Positions 11,431 to 24,030 of a stretch of 64,000 bases of DNA are shown in pieces. Origin of the DNA: Raillietiella orientalis (lineage: Eukaryota); NCBI GenBank assembly GCA_036172245.1, contig JAYWIR010000032.1:930001-994000 (forward strand), read 5' to 3'. Each line of letters begins with the position of its first letter. Within the stretch, counting starts at the first letter, position 1. The translations under genes were made by a program, and so were the position numbers. Under the pieces are notes generated by a model, which searched no databases, was not told the origin of the DNA, and saw only the letters and a list, made by a program, of their open reading frames with translations.

Positions 11431-14170
11431 CTCAGCTCCTGTGCGGATGAGCGAAGGAGCCAATTGGGTTCCTGGCGCGCACAACGCGGATGGTCTCCCC
11501 TGAAGAAAGTGCGAGACTGCACGCGCGCGACGACAGAGGCAGAGTTCAGCGCCGAGCCTCATGGCGCGGAGAGATCTCCTCCTCCTCCTCCCCGCCGTGG
11601 CGGAAGGGGGTCCCGACTGGCCGGAGGACGGCGGCTTTCCCGTTCCCCCCTTCCTTTCCTTCCTCCCCCCTCCCCGGCAAGTTGCCTCCCTCGCTCGCTG
11701 CTGACCCTCCGCGAAAGCTCGCGAAGAGCGGACACGGGCAGCCGGACAGCTCCCTCTCCGCGACGGCAGCCCCGCCGCTTCCGGTCGCGCCTCGGGAAGG
11801 AAGCCTTCTCACGGGCGGCTGTTCTTCTTCGTTTGCATCCCAGAACTGCGTCGTCTCTTTTCATCTTCTATCCCCTCCCTCCCCTTTTTTTGGTCTCTTC
11901 TTCCTCCTCCCCCCTCCTCCCCTCGACTTTCGCCTCTTCGCCGACACTGCCGGCGCCGCTCTCTCGCACGTCGTTGTTTCCCCGTGCGGCTCCTGGGAGG
12001 AGCCTCGCCTCCCCCCCCTCCTCGCTCCGTTTCGCGACCAAGAAGTTCCATAAATCAGGCACGCAGGCACGAGACCCGGCCAATCGACGCAGCCGCCTCC
12101 GAGTCCGTCGCTCCCGGCCCCGTCTGCAGCCCGGCAACGTCCTCCTCCCACGTTTTCTCTTCGCTCTCGACGTTTCTTTTTTCTTTGTTTTTTTGCTGTT
12201 GTTGTTTTCCGTTTCGGGAGGACGGGGAGGGAAGCAAAGGGTAGCCGTTGGAAAAACGCGGCAGCAGGCGCTCGTCCACCCTGCGGCGCCGAGCCGAACA
12301 GAGGTCTCACCAAAACGACGCCGACCTCCTCCGGCCGGCGGAAGCTGCGACGGCACAGCTCCCTCTGCTTCTTCTCCGAGGAGGATTGGTCGGTGAGGCT
12401 GCGGAAAATCGCGCGCACACCGAGCGACAGGGGGCGTCTCCGGCGGCATGGGGACTCGCCGTGGACCACGGCGGCGGCGAGCACGAGGATGACGGAGTCT
12501 CAGAGCAGTGGGAGTTCCAGGGGCTTCCCTGAATTCCCCAGGACACTCCTCCGGAGGGAAGCCCCTCTGGCCACGCGGGTTCTCACCAACCCTGTTGCTG
12601 CCGCGCTTCCTCCTCCTCCTCCTTTCTCCCTTCCTCTTCATCTCCTTCGATGTCTCCTCCACCACCTTCTTCATCTTCTTCATGCATCGGAAGCTGGTAG
12701 TTCGTCTTCGTCGTCTCCTTCTCCCTCTTCTCCTCCGTTTTCACTACCTCGATCCCGTTGTTGTTCATCTTCTGTCCATCTTCACCATCTCTACATATTT
12801 GTCCTTGCTGCGATATCCATCCTCATCCGCTTCCTACCCGTCATCCTGCTTTATCTCTTGACAGTTATCCTCTTCGTCTCCTTTATCGCCCTCTTCCTGA
12901 TAAATTTCCTCCTCGTCTGTTTCCTCTTCCGTCCATCCGAGGCAGCAACTTCCAGAGACTGGAGGAGGGCAGAGCTGCCGGCAGACGCGTATCAAGGAAG
13001 AGCCGCGAGGTCTCTATGATAGCACGCCAGGGTCCAGCTGTGGTTGATCGCCAGCGCTCAGCCGGAACCTCTTCACCCCGTAGCTGACCTCTTCCTGGCC
13101 CAACTAAGGGAGGGGGGAAAGGCTCAAACCGGCGCCTAAGAGAAGGAGCCCTTCCGCCTCCCATGGGGCGACTCCCCCGCTGCCGCCAAAGAGTCGCTTC
13201 GGCTTCTTCCTCCTCAATATCCACGCAGGTCCGCACGCCCCCTCTTCCGGAAGGTTTCGGAATTCTATCTTCTGCCTCTTGGGCCGGAGAGCCGGATCAT
13301 TTCCCGGTTTTTCCGAAAGGACGTCCGTCCTTTCCCGGTCCCTCAAAGTCGCGGGTGCCTCGGCCTTTGCTCAACCAGGAAGCTGTGCAGCCCTCGTGAC
13401 CCCTTTGTCCGTGAGCACTCCAAGTAGAGGTGCGAGGAAGCGGCGGAGTTGTCACCGACCTCCCTACGCACGCATCGAAGGAATTTTCGGAAAGGGGAGG
13501 ACGGCCGGAGAGGGGGGAAGAGCGCGCACCATCCAGCATTGTGCCGAGAGGCGGCCCGGACGAGAGCGGTGCACCCCGCTCGCTCGTCGCCTTTCCTGCC
13601 TGCAGAAGCTGCGAGTGGGCGCGCATCCGCCTCTCCCGATTTCGCCTCCCTTCTGTCCTCCCAGGCCCTGCAAAAAACCGGCTCCCTTTTTCAGGGCTCG
13701 GGCGGACTGGAGGAGGAGGAAGGGAGGAGCAGGAGGGTAAACATGAGGAGGAGGACAAAGATGAAAATGTCCCATTAGCTGCCTGCCGCTAGGCGCTCTC
13801 AGCGCATTAGCACTGCACTGGCAGTGCGGAGGCAGCTCCGGATACGCCCACGTGCTTCCGTGGTCTCCTGCGACTGGGCAGAGGCCAAGAGAGTGGGCCT
13901 CACGAGATCTTGCGAAAAGACGAGGCCAAAAGAGACTCCATCCGAGCGGTAGCGCCAGGCGACCCAGGTGCGCGCGTACCCAACTCTTCGCAAGATATTT
14001 TTTCGCTGGTCCCAGCAATGCCCCGGGGGAACAGCGCGGTGCCCTGGCCCGACGAATCGGGACGCCCGTCTGAACGTTTCCTCATTCGGCGGCTACACCA
14101 CCCGGGGAGGGGGGAAAGCAGGAGGCCACGACCTCTCCCCTCCCAGCAAATCGGCAGGTCGGCTGCCTAC

Positions 14171-14315
14171 CTTCGCCGCAGGTCACGCTGCAGGGAGACG
14201 CGTCCAGCTTCCAGACGAAGACGCCGTTGTGGGAACAGGAGCTTCCATCTCCGCCGCAGACTCCGCACTTGTCCAGCCGCTGGGTCGAGTCCAACTGCAT
14301 GTCGCATCCCACGGT
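14171..14315 (-). CDS. madd-4: ADAMTS-like gene, Cys-rich end and TSR start exon
   Basis: TVGCDMQLDSTQRLDKCGVCGGDGSSC..WKLDASPCSVTCGE; AG/GT boundaries; phase 0-1. Confidence 0.93.
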
Positions 14316-14399
14316 CTGGAACGGGAAGGATGCAATCAGCAGTGCGGCCAATAAGGGCGCAGCCCTTCGCGCTCCAGATGGCGACCGTGAGGGATCGTC

Positions 14400-16900
14400 C
14401 TGACCTTTCCCTTTCTCCTGCCCCCTCGCCTCCTGCCGTCCGCTGCAGCGACTTCGGGCCGAGAGCGGCAGATCTGCGAGAATATCCCAGAGGATTCCAC
14501 GCAAAGACGAGCCCTTTCTGGGAGCAGCGTTCGCTGGACCGCTCTCAGCGAGATTTCCGAACGCGGGCTGACGGCAGCGGATTTAGGACTCAGGGCCGTT
14601 TCCCCTTCATCGCCAAAGACCCGTGGTCACAGGGGTCGTCCGCTATGCTCATGGCACGAGAATCCCCTGAACATGGACACAGCCATGGATGAGCTGAGTG
14701 CCACTGAATGACCAGCAGGGTAAAGGGCACTACAACTGCCCGTTGAGGAAGCGAATGCAAGGATGAGTCGTAGGTGGGAGTCAGGCCATGGGGCAAGTGA
14801 AAGGGCCAAGGCCGTTGGCTACGCATTCCTGCTGCGAGCAACAGTCCGCAGCTTCACAGCGTCTTGAGTTGAAGAGAGATGCCAGAGAGGAGAGAAATTC
14901 GTGAAGGAAAGCCGCCTCCAGGAAAACGAGGGAGTACTTTCAGTGGTTTCCAGAGTTTTGGCTTGGAGAAAGAATTGGCTACAAAAGGGGATTAGGGGCG
15001 TCATGTGACGGCCACAATGCAGTCGAAGAGGATGAAACGGCTCTTTCGACAAGCATCTTCAAATAACCGAGGGAGGCTGAGGTATAACAACCGGTTTTTT
15101 TTTTTTTTCTCTCTCAGAGTAAATGAGAGGTCATTCGTCTCGAGAAGGCAAAAACTTGTAGCGCCGACGCGTTCCCTCAGGCCAGTGACTGCTGGGACAC
15201 TGGCTTCCCTTCAGGGTGAGCCGCCTTTTGGTGACGTGTACCAGCAAAACGATGGCAAAGCCGCCATCTTTTGCTCCTTCCGAGGGTCGCAGAACTCAAC
15301 CCCCGCTTCGACGCCCCAGCAGTGCCTCCCTGATCGCTCGCGGGCGACCTCGCTCGCCGACCGGGACGGGGAACTCCGCGCACCGCTTGCGATTCGAACG
15401 CTGCCATCCGACCTCTTCGTTGAGGAGCTCGCTCGAGGAATGTTCTTCGAGGAACCTCTGCTGCAAAGACCACGCAGATCATGGAGGCTCGAAACTGGTG
15501 ATGACCTTTTTTCACCACACATCCTCAGCTTCTGGATGCAAATCTCGAAGAAAATAGGAATTTTCCGAGCATCGAAATGGCGAGGGATCCTGCCTAGCGT
15601 CCGATGCATCAGTTCCGCAAAGAGGAGCAGCAGCAGCAAGGAAAGGTACTGAACTGGCAGCAATGTGCAACATCGAAGATTCCTTGAAGCAACCCCCCCC
15701 CCCCAAAAAAAAACGACTGCTTTGGGAGAGAAGAGATGGAACAAGAGAAGGTTCGGGACTCGTTTTCCGTGATCAGGAGACTGAAGAGAGGAAGGAACAG
15801 TAGTTCGCGAGGAGAAGGCGCCACGTTGTCCAGGCGACGCAACGCAGCGTGCACACCTGCCGCCTGCAAAGATGAGCGAGATGTGCTTTCTCGTTCCACA
15901 GACAAGAGCATCTAGTCGAGACAGCAAAGGAAGATGGCTCTTCGGTAAGGCTTTTTCTGGGGTGGGGTGGAGACACGGAGGCCCTCCTGAAAAAGCAGGA
16001 CCGCCGATCATCACCCCATCACGCTTTCATAGAAAGACATCGCTTTCTGGAACGCAGCACCGGAAGCGTTCTGGAACACGGGAAGAAGGAAGCTCTCGAA
16101 ACCGCGAGCTTTTCTGTGCGCCATCGGGAGTCCAAGGGTCACTTAGCGCGATCTTCGTAGGGTCACCGGGAATCCCACGAGCTGAAAAGTTCCAGGAAAC
16201 CCACTGTGAACTAGCTCTGTTCGTGTCAGGCGCTGCGGAAGGTCGAACCTAAGAGAGGAAAGGGTGGGGGAGTGATGGTGTACAGAGCACTGCATTTTCA
16301 ACAGCAGGATGACTGCTGTGTCTCCCGACGTCCAGCAAGGTCGGAACGCCAGCCAGGACACCCTCCCAACGGAGGACCCTGGCCATGCAGGGTTGGACCT
16401 GCTCTGCAGAACGTTGTTCCTTGGACGCCAGAACTGAAGCGGGGGCGGACCTTCCCGGACAGGAGGGGGAAAGGACCTGTGCATCCCCCCTGCGAAGTAG
16501 CTGCCACCTCCCGCCCGGTGTTGGCCGCCTCGGATCGCGGACAGATCCTGAAGAAGCGGACGTGAAAGACGAAGAGCAGCACGATTCCCATCAGCGCTAC
16601 TAATAGCCAACGTCCAGAACACGCTGGCGACTCTGAAAGTTGGTTGGCAGATGGCGGATCGATACCCGCCATCGCAGACCACGCGGAGAATACCAAGCAA
16701 CCACCGGAGCAATTAATCTCCCCACTGCGTTCGAGGGAGCTTCCCTATCATTTCTCACACATCAGCCCATCGGGAAGATCAGCATCTCCTGGACGGCGAA
16801 ATGATCCGCAGGATGAAGGGCATCTGACCGGCGATAAAAAAGAGAGCGCGGTCTCCACAGAAGCGGCGATTGAGATCTGAACCTCTTCGTGTTGCAACTC
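14400..16900 (-). mobile_element. Tx1 ORF2 relic (APE plus RT), intronic
   Basis: GRWLLVAL (APE-like), VKKG, GSCSALYP, PFTLLVIQ, SIADD appear in the expected order. Confidence 0.45.
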
Positions 16901-17283
16901 GAGCAAGCGATCGGCGTGATCAACAGCCGTGGGTCTCGCGCTGCGCAGGGGAAAGGGGGAGGCGGGGGAGCAAGGAGATATTCCCTTTCCGGGAGTCAGG
17001 AAACGGAGCGGCCGAGAGAACGTTACGCAGCAACCACCTACTCCTCCAGAGAGGGTCTCCATGGCGACGCCTCGCTCGCAGCTGAGCAAACTACGAGGGA
17101 GATCCGCTCGCTCCTTGAGTGGGGTGGCGGCGGTGGTTTGGAAAGCGGTCGCCCCCGTCGTCGCTGGGTAGACTCACTCTTGCCGATGCTTGCCGGTGGA
17201 TGACGCAACCTCCCCCCTCCCCTCCGTGATTGTCGCTATCGCAGCAGCTCCGCCGGGCCAGCCGATCTCCTAGGCGCATTTAC

Positions 17284-17520
17284 CCTGCAGACTCCGCCGA
17301 TGCACACTCCAGGCGACGCTTCCTTCCCGCAAAGGGTGCCGTCCCTCACTTTGTCCGACAGGACGGCGGTCACGGCGGAGTTCTTCGCCTGGCACGTGAG
17401 GGCGCACGGCTTGCTGGCGTCGTGATAGGACTGCCACTGGTAGACGTTGCCGTCGAAGAGGATGACGTTGAAAGAGGCGCACTGCTCGTTCTTGAAGTCC
17501 GGGATCCCTTCCGGGCAAGG
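17284..17520 (-). CDS. madd-4: ADAMTS-like gene, Cys-rich domain exon
   Basis: PCPEGIPDFKNEQCASFN..YQWQSYHDASKPCALTCQAK..DKVRDGTLCG..CIGGVCR; ttccag acceptor, gtaaat donor; 237 nt. Confidence 0.93.
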
Positions 17521-18149
17521 CTGGAATAAACTCGGAATGAGAGGGAATCTCTCCGCTCCAAACCTGCCGCCGGACGAGTAGGGGCGGGAAGCAGGTGCGC
17601 GCGCATGCGCGCCGCGTGCGAACTCGGCGCGCTAATCCGGAGCGGTCCCAAGAAGAAAGGCGCGACCTTCCAACGGCGCAGAAAGACCGAGATCTTTGAT
17701 CTTGGAGGATACAGAAGTGACCGGGGTAGGGAATTCCCGTGCACTGGCACCAACGCTGATGCGCTTCTGGACTGCTGTGACCAGCAACAACTTCCTGAGA
17801 CGTCACGTTTCCCGCGTTTGGCGTCGCGTTCCGGTTGCTGCGCGACAGCTCGCCAGGTGTCATCGAGAGGCACGTGGATTCCGGGGCTTCTTGCAGCACC
17901 CGCCTACAAGAGTTCCAGTTAACTCGATTCTCGCGGTCGTTTGCTGGGTTCCCTAAGAAGGGAAGACGCCCATGAGCATCGCTTCCACGAAACGCACTCC
18001 TTCCTTCCTTCCAGTTCGTGAAATCCGCGCAGCATCCTTGCATCACTCCTTGATGAGCGATCGCCTCTATGCCTCTCCGCTTCACCTGGAAACCCTGCTC
18101 TGTAGGGGACGTCGCATCGAGGGCCCTAAAGCCCGTATTGCCCGCGTTG

Positions 18150-19110
18150 GAGAGAGTGCGGCTACGGCCTCTACTCGTGGCACCGAGCGTTGTGGGTTCG
18201 AATCCCGCGAAAGGAAAAACCGACGCCGAGAACGGGGGATGCGTCGTGGGTTTCCAGTCCCCCCACCCCCCACCCCTCCCTCAAGATGACGCTGGTTGAC
18301 CTGTGGGCTCCGGGTGCGGCACTGATGGAAGCCAGATGCCCCGTAGACTGGCCGGGAATGCAAGTTGACTCTCAGGAGGTTCATCCAGGAATCAAGGAAT
18401 CGCGCTCCCCTTCGGGGTTTATCCCTCCGATTGTGAGGTGAAGCCGCGCTATCGCATACCACAGAGCTGGTTGATACCTCCCTCAGAGTGTCAGAAGTGA
18501 GCTGCTTCTTTCGAGTAGAGCCCTTCAGTGAAACCTGGAAGGGTCCCTTGGAAGTTCTCTTCAGAACAGGAAAGAGAGAGCGGTTCCCTTGCTTCGAAGA
18601 GCATGAGGAAGAGGTAGTTCCCTTCGGGATTCCTCTACCAAGCGTAATAGGAATGGACTCCTTCCTCTGGAGCCTTCCTGGATTCTAGACTATTTCCGAG
18701 TGGGGGGTAGTTCTCGAGCGGTCCAAACACTCGCGAGCACGTGCGCTCCAGTCTAGCCGCAGGGGCTGACCCATAGACAGGAAGGCGGCGGCAAAGATGC
18801 CATCTTCCTGGTGCGACCAGGCAGGGATGCCAGGTTATGCCCACACGACTTCAGCACCACCCCAAAGCAAATGCTGACGAGCATAGAGCTCACCCTGTTG
18901 AGTGTCGCTCCTCACCAGCACGCCGCCGTTCACGTGGATACCGCCCAAAAGGGCGGATACACACAAACAAACAGGTCCCTACGAGGTCGTTTTCTAACTT
19001 GAAAAGCCACATGCTCCCTCTGGTAGCGTGGACAGCTCCAAAGAGTTTAAAGAGTCTCCCGTAAGGAGGCCAGCGGTTCTTCAGTACTTGGCAAACCCCA
19101 AAAAAAGAAA
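18150..19110 (+). mobile_element. SINE copy carrying a ~280 bp insertion (18690-18970)
   Basis: B box GGGTTCGAATCCC near 18195, body, tail CCGTAAGGAGG..CTTGGCAAACC plus A-run. Confidence 0.78.
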
Positions 19111-19149
19111 ACCCCCCCAAAAAAAACAGCTGGAAGAAAAACAGCGGAA

Positions 19150-20400
19150 CAAAGAAGAATCCCTAAGGACTAGCCATCACCCTTGGTCAACAGTAACGAT
19201 CTTCCTGTGGAGTCGCTACTGGCCTTATATATAAAAAAAAAACACGTATGGAGGCGGGCGTGTCTGGTCTCAAGCGGAGACTGGCTCCGCGCTTCCTGTT
19301 GGCGGTCTCCGCGCCAACAGGAAGTGGGGTTTTCCGGTGGCAGGAAGCCTCCATTTCCACGGGAGGAGCGCCTCCTGGCTTGGAGAGGATGAGGGCATCT
19401 CCGAAGCTGCAAGAAGGCCACCTATGGAAATGCCCAATGTCCCCCTGCTTTCATCCGAAGGGTCCGGCCGACAATAGGAGATCGACCCGACTTTGCTGCT
19501 CTTCATTCCTCCACACTTGGTTCCTGTGGTCTTCTCTCTCGCTTCCGGAACTATCCTCCATCTCTCAACTCTTGTTCCGATGCGGGACTTCGTCCCTCGA
19601 TCGGGCTAGTCATCCCGGGAGTTCGAATTGCCTCCTGGCGCTTATGTGAGGCCCTTTCTATCTCTGCTCCTCACGATGGTGAACATTTTCCGCCGTCAGG
19701 GACGCAGCTGCACTTCCTTAGCTGTGGTCAAGTCGGCCGCGCTGCAATCCAGGTGTCCGGCTTCAAACGTGCACCGTTCCCTCCAGTCGCCAAGCATCAC
19801 CCAAGGCACCTCAATGGAAGCCTGGAGAGTCGGTGGTCTCTTCGGAGCCGTCTGTCACAGGTGGATACCATCCTTCCCGGTTGTAAGACGTTGATCGAGG
19901 AAAAGGAGATGATGAAACGTTATTCCACTGGAACGTGGCTCCTCTCCAAACATGCAGTTGACTCTCTTGTCTCGAAAGAAGTGGAGGTCTTCCAGAGTTC
20001 ACCCGTGATCCCATTTCGCTCATTCCAGCTTGCTTCTGCGGACAAAAAGGAGCGAGTGGAACGTCCAATCCTCCATGTGGCTCCGTCGAGTTCCACGAGA
20101 AGTTTGCCCTGTTTTTGGAGAAAGCCAGAGGTCATCATCGCTTGAAAGAATGAGTTGCTTCCGATGGAAGGTCATGGTGTGTCTTCCAGGATTTCTTCTG
20201 GCCCGCTTCCAGCCTTGGCAACCCCGCAACGGGCCCTACCCCACCTTCCTGAGTTGCGCACCACTCTGGGACGACTGGTTGTTTCTGAAGGCCTCGGAAG
20301 ATCGCCCATTCCACCCTTCCGCGCTTCGCCCTTTCTTCCCCTTTCGCCCTTCCCGCAAACATTCCTTTCGCGAGGACCAGCTGAATGTGGCGTCCCCGCT
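19150..20400 (-). mobile_element. Internally deleted Tx1 relic (ORF1 knuckle plus ORF2 C-terminus)
   Basis: NGITGE..STCDRRLRRDHRLSRLP, then ALLPWKWR (family motif LPLKWRE). Confidence 0.5.
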
Positions 20401-23400
20401 GTGGCCAGCTGCGCCTTCCTTTGCGTAGACCGCGGTTCACCTGCGGAACGGAGGCAACCGACCGCCGAGCACTTCGCAATCCCCGGCACTCACCTTATTG
20501 GGACATATCCGGTACTTGTAGTAGTCTCCCTCGCATCCGCTGCTGTGGGAACAGTGACGCTGCTGGTAGGAGATCGCCATTCCGCAAGAACGGGAGCAGG
20601 AAGACCAGGCGCTCCATTCGGACCACTTAGGTACGTCTTCCCGTATCTGGACAACAAGAAAAGGAAGAAGAACAGGATGGGAGATAATGCGGGGGCAGCA
20701 GCGGCAGCAGCTCCGAAGAAGCTGCAGAAAACTTCCAGATAATTTATCCGGCTGCGGCCGAACGGCAGCTAGAACGGAAGCGTGATCGCTGTGATAATCA
20801 GCCTCTTCAAGTGGACCGAAGATACGGCAAGCGCGTCCGCAATTCCGAGTTCTCGTGAATGACGCAGCTCTCAGCGAATTGAAAGCCCGAGTGACGTGGC
20901 ACGCGGGCGGCTCGAAGACTCGTAGGAGCTACGCTGCGCGTCCGTCCTTGATTGGTCTGCCTCTGCAGTCGCTCGGATCAGCGTGGCCTTCGTCCGCCCG
21001 CGACGGAGAGAACCCGCTCGGCCCTAGAGAGAGAGGAGCGGGCAGTCCCACCGGGAGGAGGGAGGCACGCGAAGCGCTCCCGCGAAACGGAGAAGCTGAA
21101 TGAACGGGAAGGACGGACACGCGGAGAGAGAGAGGAACCGCGCCGGACCGGAAGGGTGTCAGCAGCACCAGTGCTCCCCGAGAAGATCTCAGAAGAGGTT
21201 CCTCGAGTGGGCGGCAGTACGGGACCCGTGGTTCCGCGTGTCGCTGAAAGCCCGGAACGCCCGCAGAAGATCACAAGAATATCGATCCCCGAGCGGAGCC
21301 AGGCACGCGCGCGCGGCAAGGTTCGGGAGGGGGGGAAGATCCGCGAACCCGTGGCGACGCCAAGAGGCGCGCTCGTCCCGGCTGCTGCCGAAGAGTTCAC
21401 ACGGGTCCCCCTGGCAGGAGGAATTCGATTCGGAGGGCAAAAACAACCTGCGCGCCTGCCTGGAAGGAAGGAAGGGAATTATTTATGGGCGTCTGGAGCT
21501 TTTCTCAGGCCGCCGCTCGCAACCCATTTGCTGCGCCATTACGCTAAGTAAGCAAACGGTATCGAAGCAGCCGTTGCTAACGGACGGACCGACGGACCTC
21601 ACGTGAACCTCCGAGCGCGCGCGCAGCCCTGCTCGAGGGACCTCGGGGAGAGGGGGGGCAGAGCGATGGGGGCGATTCCCGGCCGTGATGCCATCAATCG
21701 GACAAGCAGACTGCGCCGCAAGGAGGAGGTCGGAGGGGATGGTAGTGCAAGGTTTGCTTCCGGCTAATCCGGGGTCTTTGGCGTTCCAGAGGTCGCTCCC
21801 AGCGGTACCCGCCTCGCCACAACGCCTGGGAATGGTATCCCCCGATCCCTGCCTCCCAGTGACGGCGGCTGGCAGCGGAAGACGCGCGCGCAGTTCGCAG
21901 CCCTGACTCGACGTGATGGAGCCAAGGTTTTTCCCTGGTCTGCGCGCGGGCGCGGAACGGAAGCGGGGTCGGAAGCTCTTCGGCCACCGGGACGGAGGCT
22001 GGACCGTGCGCCCGGCGGCGCGCTCCAAAAAAAAAGGAAAAGAAAAAGAAGCACCGCTCTAAAAAGTGGCTCCAGCAGGCTCCCGATTTATTGCCTTGTT
22101 ATTTGGCCATCTTTTGCAGCTTCACAAAGGCAGGATGCGGCTGGCAAGCTTTTCTCACCCGGAGCAGGTTTTCCTCCCGGAGACGCGACACACACCCGGA
22201 GTGGCACTGGGGCACTTCCACCTTACATCCACGCGCGCGAGGGTCACGGTCGCGCCCTGCTTCCCACCTGCCGAGCATTCCAAGGCGACCTCCAAACCCG
22301 GCAGTTCCTGTGCTCCTCCGCAGACCGGGGGGTCATCATGGAGGAAACCTTTGCTCTTTCGAGGATGCTCTCGGACGTGCGGAAGCCATCGTGGCCGAGG
22401 GCGCGAGGGCCGACCCGTTTCGAACTCTCTGCGTCTTTCAGGAGAAAACGGCGCCAGATCTGGAGCGGCAAATCCTTGACGATTGCAAGTCCTTCGACAC
22501 TGGGAGGCACCCACGCCGGGATGCCTTCCGAGCTGCCTGCCTCAGCAGCCATAGCTGGCCTCGATCACCGTACTCTTTACCCCGCAAGAAGATCCCATCA
22601 CGGCGTTTCTCTAGCCTCCTTCCCCCCCTTGTTCTTTGGTTCGAGTTTTCCTAAGGCAGACGATTCCGGGAGCAGACCCAGAAGAAAGCGGTCCTGCGAA
22701 GGGAGGTCCGGGAAGGAAGGGAAGCGATTGCTCTGGATGTCTCCAGCGGTGGCAGAAGAGGCGGAAGCGAAGGCGTCAGTAGGAAGGGGTGTGTGCGGAG
22801 GAACTGCAAAGAGACCCTGGGATCCCGGAAGCGATAGAGTGTGGGGAAGGGGGGAGAGGATTGGAAATTCCCCAAACACGCCGTTTCCTGAATACATGCT
22901 AGAAATACCGGATGGACCACCGCCTCCTCAGCGGCCGTCTGTCGGAATCGCGGGGCGGACCCTAAGAGAGGACGAAGGATAATGAGATGGCAGAAATCCT
23001 TCCATTAGCTTGTTGCTCGGCTTTCATGCAGCAGAGTTTTTAATGAATCACCTGAATCTTCTCGGCTGCGGAGCAGCAAAGATTCCGTCGTCTCACTCGC
23101 GGCAGTGAACCGCCTGCCCCCTCCCCCCGCCTCCCGAATTCCATCGGTAAAGCGGTCTCTGGAGACAGTCTTCTGGCGCTTCCGGAAAACATGCTGTGTA
23201 CCACTGTTGGCACCGCGTGTTTACGGCACGTCGCCACACGTCCTGGCCTCACCCCAGTGGGCGACGATTAGCGAGGTAACAAATGATAAACTAAAGCTAT
23301 TTGCAATTATGATACAGAATCTTGCCTCATATATGAATCACGTCCTCCTGCTTCTCCTCTTCCTCCTCCTTCTATTTGGGTCCCACCGCGGCGGTGCGTC

Positions 23401-23799
23401 CCTCGCTCTTCTTCGCCTCAGGAGTCTGTCTTCGACCGCACCGGGGAAGGGAGTTCTGCGGGACCGCGCGCGGCGGTGGCGGCTGAGGAAACGTGGAATC
23501 CACGGCGACGGGAACTCGGGCAAAAGCCGAGCGCGGCCGAACCGGCGGAACTTGGCGAGATCGGCGCCTTCCTCCGCCGCCCACCCACCGCGGCGTCAGC
23601 AAGTTCGGACCACTCGCCTGCAAAGGTCGCGTGCGCCAAGCTTGAAGGCTCTGAACGCGGGATTCGGTCCAGCTGTTTTCCGTCGGCCGCCTTTAAGTTC
23701 CTCATGCTCCACGGAATCTCCCTTCGAGAATGGTCTGCCCTGTCCCCGGAGTTTCTCCGACGGATCCGGACTCTCTTCATCCGAGTAGCAAGGTGACCA

Positions 23800-24030
23800 C
23801 GAAGTACTTCATTGACCCTCTGGGGTCCAAAGAACTGGCTTCCTCCGGGGTTGCCTTCCTGCTGTGAAAATGGAACCGTGCCATGGAGCTGGCTGCCTCT
23901 CCGGAGTGCAAAAAGCGCGATGCTCCATCCTGAAGACCTCTTCGAAGAGAATACGGAAGAGGTTCCTTTCGGGGTTCCACGGAGCTGCTTGATACCCCGC
24001 TTGGGGAAGGGGGAGGAGGGGGTTCATATA
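23800..24030 (+). mobile_element. Partial, internally deleted SINE copy
   Basis: GAGAATACGGAAGAGGTTCCTTTCGGGG body motif shared with the other copies. Confidence 0.65.

Noticed and set aside
10966..12396. 476-aa ORF and hydrophobic or Ser-rich ORFs
   Set aside because: Arise from a (CTT/CAT/CCT)n low-complexity tract; no domain.
23585..23620. cag|GCGAGTGGTCCGAA (EWSE) as the missing TSR exon
   Set aside because: No following W/CS..C motif.
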